A stretch of 64,000 nt of DNA from an uncultured Alphaproteobacteria bacterium (lineage in GTDB: Bacteria > Pseudomonadota > Alphaproteobacteria > Rhizobiales > Xanthobacteraceae). Under the pieces are notes generated by a model, which was given only the letters and a program-made list of their open reading frames with translations, made no database searches and was not told the DNA's origin. The DNA lies in contig CAWGSI010000005.1 in the NCBI GenBank assembly GCA_963825265.1, positions 347,556-411,555 of the forward strand, read 5' to 3'. Of this stretch, positions 59,140 through 64,000 are shown in pieces. The translations under genes were made by a program, and so were the position numbers. Numbering within the stretch: the first letter of the stretch is position 1; every line of letters starts with the position of its first letter.

Positions 59140-59186
59140 CGCATGATCCCGCAAAGTGGGCACCGGTTTTCGGAAAAGATCGTGCG
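59140..59186 (+). repeat. 47-bp hairpin element, copy 2
   Basis: cgcatgatcccgcaaagtgggcaccggttttcggaaaagatcgtgcg, flanked by TAG and CTA, between urtD and urtE. Confidence 0.85.
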
Positions 59187-59202
59187 CTAAGGAAAAAAGT
59201 TG

Positions 59203-59898
59203 ATGCTCGAGGTCAATAACATCGAGTTGTATTACGGCGCGGCGCAGGCGCTGCGCGGCATTTCGCTCAAGGCCGAGACCGGGCAGGTGACTTGCGTGCT
59301 CGGGCGCAACGGCGTCGGCAAGACCAGCCTGTTGCGCGCCATCGTCGGCCAGCGGCCGGTGAGTTCCGGCTCGATCGTTTTCGAGGGCAAGGACATCACC
59401 AAACTGTCGACGGTCGAGCGCGCACGCCACGGCATCGCCATCGTGCCGCAGGGCCGCGAGATTTTCCCGCTGCTGACGGTGGAGGAAAACCTGGAGACCG
59501 GTTTTGCGCCGCTGTCGCGCGACAACCGCTCGGTGCCGGACGACGTGTTCTCGCTGTTCCCGGTGCTCAATTCCATGCTCGGCCGGCGCGGCGGCGACCT
59601 CTCCGGCGGCCAGCAGCAGCAGCTCGCGATCGGCCGCGCGCTGGTGATGCGGCCGCGCCTGTTGCTGCTCGACGAGCCGACCGAGGGCATCCAGCCCTCG
59701 ATCATCAAAGACATCGGCCGCGCCATCTCCTACCTGCGCGGCTTGAAGGAAATGGCGATCGTGCTGGTCGAGCAGTATCTCGACTTCGCGCAGGAACTGG
59801 GCGACCAACTGGTGGTCATGGACCGCGGATCGATCGTCTATTCCTGCGACCGCGCCGGCATGGACGAAACCGCGCTCAAACGGGCGCTGGCGATATGA
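59203..59898 (+). CDS. urtE: Urea ABC ATPase UrtE
   Basis: GRNGVGKT, VPQGREIFP, LSGGQQQQLAIGR, DEPTEGIQP. Confidence 0.95.
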   Translation: MLEVNNIELYYGAAQALRGISLKAETGQVTCVLGRNGVGKTSLLRAIVGQRPVSSGSIVFEGKDITKLSTVERARHGIAIVPQGREIFPLLTVEENLETGFAPLSRDNRSVPDDVFSLFPVLNSMLGRRGGDLSGGQQQQLAIGRALVMRPRLLLLDEPTEGIQPSIIKDIGRAISYLRGLKEMAIVLVEQYLDFAQELGDQLVVMDRGSIVYSCDRAGMDETALKRALAI

Positions 59899-59907
59899 TT
59901 TTCTCGG

Positions 59908-60000
59908 CGTCGTCCCCGCGATGGGGGCCCGGTACGCCGCAGCTCTCGTCTCAGGCGAGGCATTCGTGTCTACTGCATGCCCGCCTTTGCGGGCATGACG
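59908..60000. repeat. Degenerate REP-like palindromic element
   Basis: cgtcgtccccgcgatgggggcccggta ... tactgcatgcccgcctttgcgggcatgacg inverted arms; same family as 17420-17487. Confidence 0.6.
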
Positions 60001-60016
60001 GAAGAGGGTTTGGGCG

Positions 60017-60838
60017 GTGCTGACCACAACGACGAGCTCGGACGTCTTCGCCGCCAATCGTGCGACCGGGCACATCGCGTTGCGCGTGGCGGCGGCCGGC
60101 GGTGCCACGCGGCGTACGCATGTCCGCGAAGACGGCTCTTTGCGGGTTCGGTTTCCCAATGCCGCCGGCGAGGCGCTGGAAGCGGTCATGGTCAACACCG
60201 GCGGCGGCATGACCGGCGGCGACCGCTTCGGCATCGATTTGTCGTTGGGCGAGGGCGCCCGGCTGATCGCCGGCGGGGCGGCGGCTGAAAAAATCTACCG
60301 CTCGAACGGGCCGGACGCCACGATGGACGTCAAACTCGACATCGGCGCGGGTGCGCAACTTGCCTGGCTGCCGCAGGAGACCATTCTGTTCGACGGCGCG
60401 CGCCTGTCGCGCCGCATCGACGTCGAACTCGCCGAGGGCGCCTCGCTGCTGCTGGCGGAGGCGGTGGTGTTCGGCCGCGCCGCCATGGGCGAGGCGATGA
60501 GCGAGGGCTTGTTCGCCGACCGCTGGCGTGTGCGCCGCGCCGGCCGGCTCGTTTTCGCCGACAGCGCGCGGCTCGACGGCGACGTGGCGGCAAGGCTCGC
60601 CGCACCGGCATCGGCCGCCGGCGGCATTGCCATTGCCAGCGTCTTGGTGACGCCGGCCGGCGAGGGGACACTTGCCGCCGTGCGTGCCCTTGAATTTACC
60701 GGCGAGGCCGGCATCTCGGCCTGGAACGGTGTCGCCGTGGCGCGGCTTGTTGCGCGCGACGGCGCGCGCTTGCGCCACGATCTGATCGCGCTGCTGGCGG
60801 CGCTCGGCGCCAGCGTGCCGCGGCTTTGGCTCAACTGA
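60017..60838 (+). CDS. ureD: Urease accessory protein UreD
   Basis: [37 protein letters not shown]. Confidence 0.93.
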   Translation: MLTTTTSSDVFAANRATGHIALRVAAAGGATRRTHVREDGSLRVRFPNAAGEALEAVMVNTGGGMTGGDRFGIDLSLGEGARLIAGGAAAEKIYRSNGPDATMDVKLDIGAGAQLAWLPQETILFDGARLSRRIDVELAEGASLLLAEAVVFGRAAMGEAMSEGLFADRWRVRRAGRLVFADSARLDGDVAARLAAPASAAGGIAIASVLVTPAGEGTLAAVRALEFTGEAGISAWNGVAVARLVARDGARLRHDLIALLAALGASVPRLWLN

Positions 60839-60845
60839 GGCGACG

Positions 60846-61148
60846 ATGAACCTGACGCCGCGCGAAAAGGACAAGCTGTTGATCGCCATGGCCGCCATGG
60901 TGGCGCGCCGCCGGCTCGAACGCGGCGTCAAGCTCAACCATCCGGAGGCGGTGGCGCTGATCAGCGATTTCATCCTGGAAGGCGCGCGCGACGGCAAAAG
61001 CGTCGCGCAGCTGATGGAAGCCGGCGCGCATGTGCTCACGCGCGCGCAGGTGATGGACGGCATCCCCGAGATGATCCACGACATCCAGGTCGAGGCGACG
61101 TTCCCCGACGGCACCAAGCTGGTCACGGTGCACAATCCGATCCGGTGA
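60846..61148 (+). CDS. ureA: Urease gamma subunit
   Basis: [12 protein letters not shown]...[17 protein letters not shown]. Confidence 0.98.
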   Translation: MNLTPREKDKLLIAMAAMVARRRLERGVKLNHPEAVALISDFILEGARDGKSVAQLMEAGAHVLTRAQVMDGIPEMIHDIQVEATFPDGTKLVTVHNPIR

Positions 61149-61162
61149 AAGGACCTAACCCG

Positions 61163-61744
61163 ATGAAAAAGATTCCGCTCGCCGCTCTGCTCGTGCTCGG
61201 CGCAAGCCCGGCCTTCGCCCATGTCGGCGTCGGCTCGACGGCCTCGTTCGCGGCCGGCGTTGCGCACCCGCTGTCGGGTCTCGATCACATCGCGGTCATG
61301 GTGGCGGTCGGCCTGTGGGCCGCGCTCAAGGGCGGCCGCGCGTTATGGGTTTGGCCGGCGGCCTTCGTCGGCGTGATGCTCATCGGCGGCGCGCTCGGCA
61401 TGGCGCATGTGGCGATTCCGTTTGTTGAGCCGGGCATTCTCGCCTCGGTCGTCACGCTCGGCCTCTTGGTGGCGCTCGCGGTCGACCTGCCGGTCGCGGC
61501 CGGTGCGGCCGTCGTCGCCGTGTTCGCCCTGCTACACGGCCACGCGCATGGCAGCGAAGTCGCAGAGAACGTCGGCGGCATCGAATACATAGCGGGCTTT
61601 GCGCTCGCCACCGCCACGCTGCATGGCGTCGGCATCGGCTTTGCGCTCGCGATGCAGCGCGCGCGTTTGCGCTCGCTCATCCGCGTTGCCGGTGCGCTGT
61701 GCGTGGTGGTCGGCGCCGGGCTTTACGCCGGAGTGCTCGCATGA
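61163..61744 (+). CDS. ureJ: HupE/UreJ nickel-binding membrane protein
   Basis: [42 protein letters not shown]. Confidence 0.93.
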   Translation: MKKIPLAALLVLGASPAFAHVGVGSTASFAAGVAHPLSGLDHIAVMVAVGLWAALKGGRALWVWPAAFVGVMLIGGALGMAHVAIPFVEPGILASVVTLGLLVALAVDLPVAAGAAVVAVFALLHGHAHGSEVAENVGGIEYIAGFALATATLHGVGIGFALAMQRARLRSLIRVAGALCVVVGAGLYAGVLA

Positions 61745-61784
61745 TCCCGAAAAGTGGGAACTGGTTTTCGGACAAGATCATGCG
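61738..61784 (+). repeat. 47-bp hairpin element, copy 3 (contains the ureJ stop codon)
   Basis: cgcatgatcccgaaaagtgggaactggttttcggacaagatcatgcg; ureJ ends GCA TGA inside it. Confidence 0.85.
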
Positions 61785-61799
61785 AAAAAGGAAAATGTG

Positions 61800-62105
61800 A
61801 TGATCCCCGGCGAAATGTTCATCAAGGACGGCGAGATCACGCTTAACGCCGGCCGCAAGACGGTGACGCTCAGCGTCGCCAACGCGGGCGACCGGCCGAT
61901 CCAGGTCGGCTCGCATTACCATTTCTTCGAGACCAATCCGGCGCTGAAATTCGACCGCAAAAAAGCGCGCGGCATGCGGCTCGACATCGCCGCCGGCACG
62001 GCGGTGCGCTTCGAGCCGGGACAGACGCGCGAGGTCACGCTGGTCGCACTCGCCGGCAAGCGCACGATCTACGGGTTCCGCCAGGACGTGATGGGGAAAT
62101 TGTGA
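61800..62105 (+). CDS. ureB: Urease beta subunit
   Basis: [33 protein letters not shown]. Confidence 0.98.
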   Translation: MIPGEMFIKDGEITLNAGRKTVTLSVANAGDRPIQVGSHYHFFETNPALKFDRKKARGMRLDIAAGTAVRFEPGQTREVTLVALAGKRTIYGFRQDVMGKL

Positions 62106-62110
62106 TGCCG

Positions 62111-62157
62111 CGCATGACCCCGAAAGGCGGGCACCGGTTTTCGGACAAGGTCATGCG
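62111..62157 (+). repeat. 47-bp hairpin element, copy 4
   Basis: cgcatgaccccgaaaggcgggcaccggttttcggacaaggtcatgcg, 5 bp after the ureB stop. Confidence 0.85.
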
Positions 62158-62462
62158 TAATGAAAATGGACCCCTAAAAGCCATAACGGGCGGACCGTCG
62201 TCCACCCGTCACAAGCTCTCGGATCCATTTCCGGGCCGCGCGCGTGAGCGCGCAACACGGTACCCAGTTACTGAGAGCCAGGGCCGGCAAACATGGACCA
62301 CGAATACTGCAAGCAGCACCCACGTCCCATGCCCGCTCCGGTCATGGCGGCCATCCGTGTCCGGCGTGAGCCGAAGATGGGTGACCTGGAGGTAAGCCTA
62401 TCCAGACCGGCGGGTGAGGCAAGGGTGGAATTTTTGGATCTGTGAACTGCGGGGACAACGCG

Positions 62463-64000
<1,538 letters not shown>

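Noticed and set aside
59140-62157. CRISPR array from the 47-bp repeats
   Set aside because: Copies are dispersed between genes, not regularly spaced with unique spacers; no cas genes.

Overview
High-GC chromosomal segment of an alphaproteobacterium. Gene content resembles Hyphomicrobiales such as Bradyrhizobium/Pseudolabrys relatives (inference; no database search was run, and all family calls are by-eye motif recognition). Left to right: (1) hopanoid cluster (hpnN, small secreted proteins, shc, hpnE/D/C/B); (2) aromatic-CoA cluster pairing the O2-dependent Box genes (boxR, boxC, boxB; no boxA or boxD in the window) with the normally anaerobic 4-hydroxybenzoyl-CoA reductase hcrCAB, a CoA ligase, a thioesterase and a ferredoxin/ferredoxin-NADP reductase pair; (3) two tandem siroheme reductase modules (cysJI; sigma54-driven FNT channel-nirA-FeS flavoprotein) plus cysG; (4) a Zur-boxed TonB-dependent receptor with exbB-exbD-tonB; (5) an aromatic/heteroaromatic catabolism region (NMT1/TauA-type ABC parts, class II aldolase-fold protein, catechol 2,3-dioxygenase operon, galB-ligK, PhtD-like protein) with a three-gene molybdoenzyme module, a Kazal-type protein and an orphan Flp pilin; (6) sigma54-driven urea ABC transporter urtABCDE and urease ureD-A-J-B-C (ureC runs off the end). 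Two genes carry single-base frameshifts at 3-nt homopolymers, possibly sequencing errors. A 47-bp covarying hairpin occurs four times right at or after stop codons. No rRNA, tRNA, CRISPR array, transposase or integrase was recognised.
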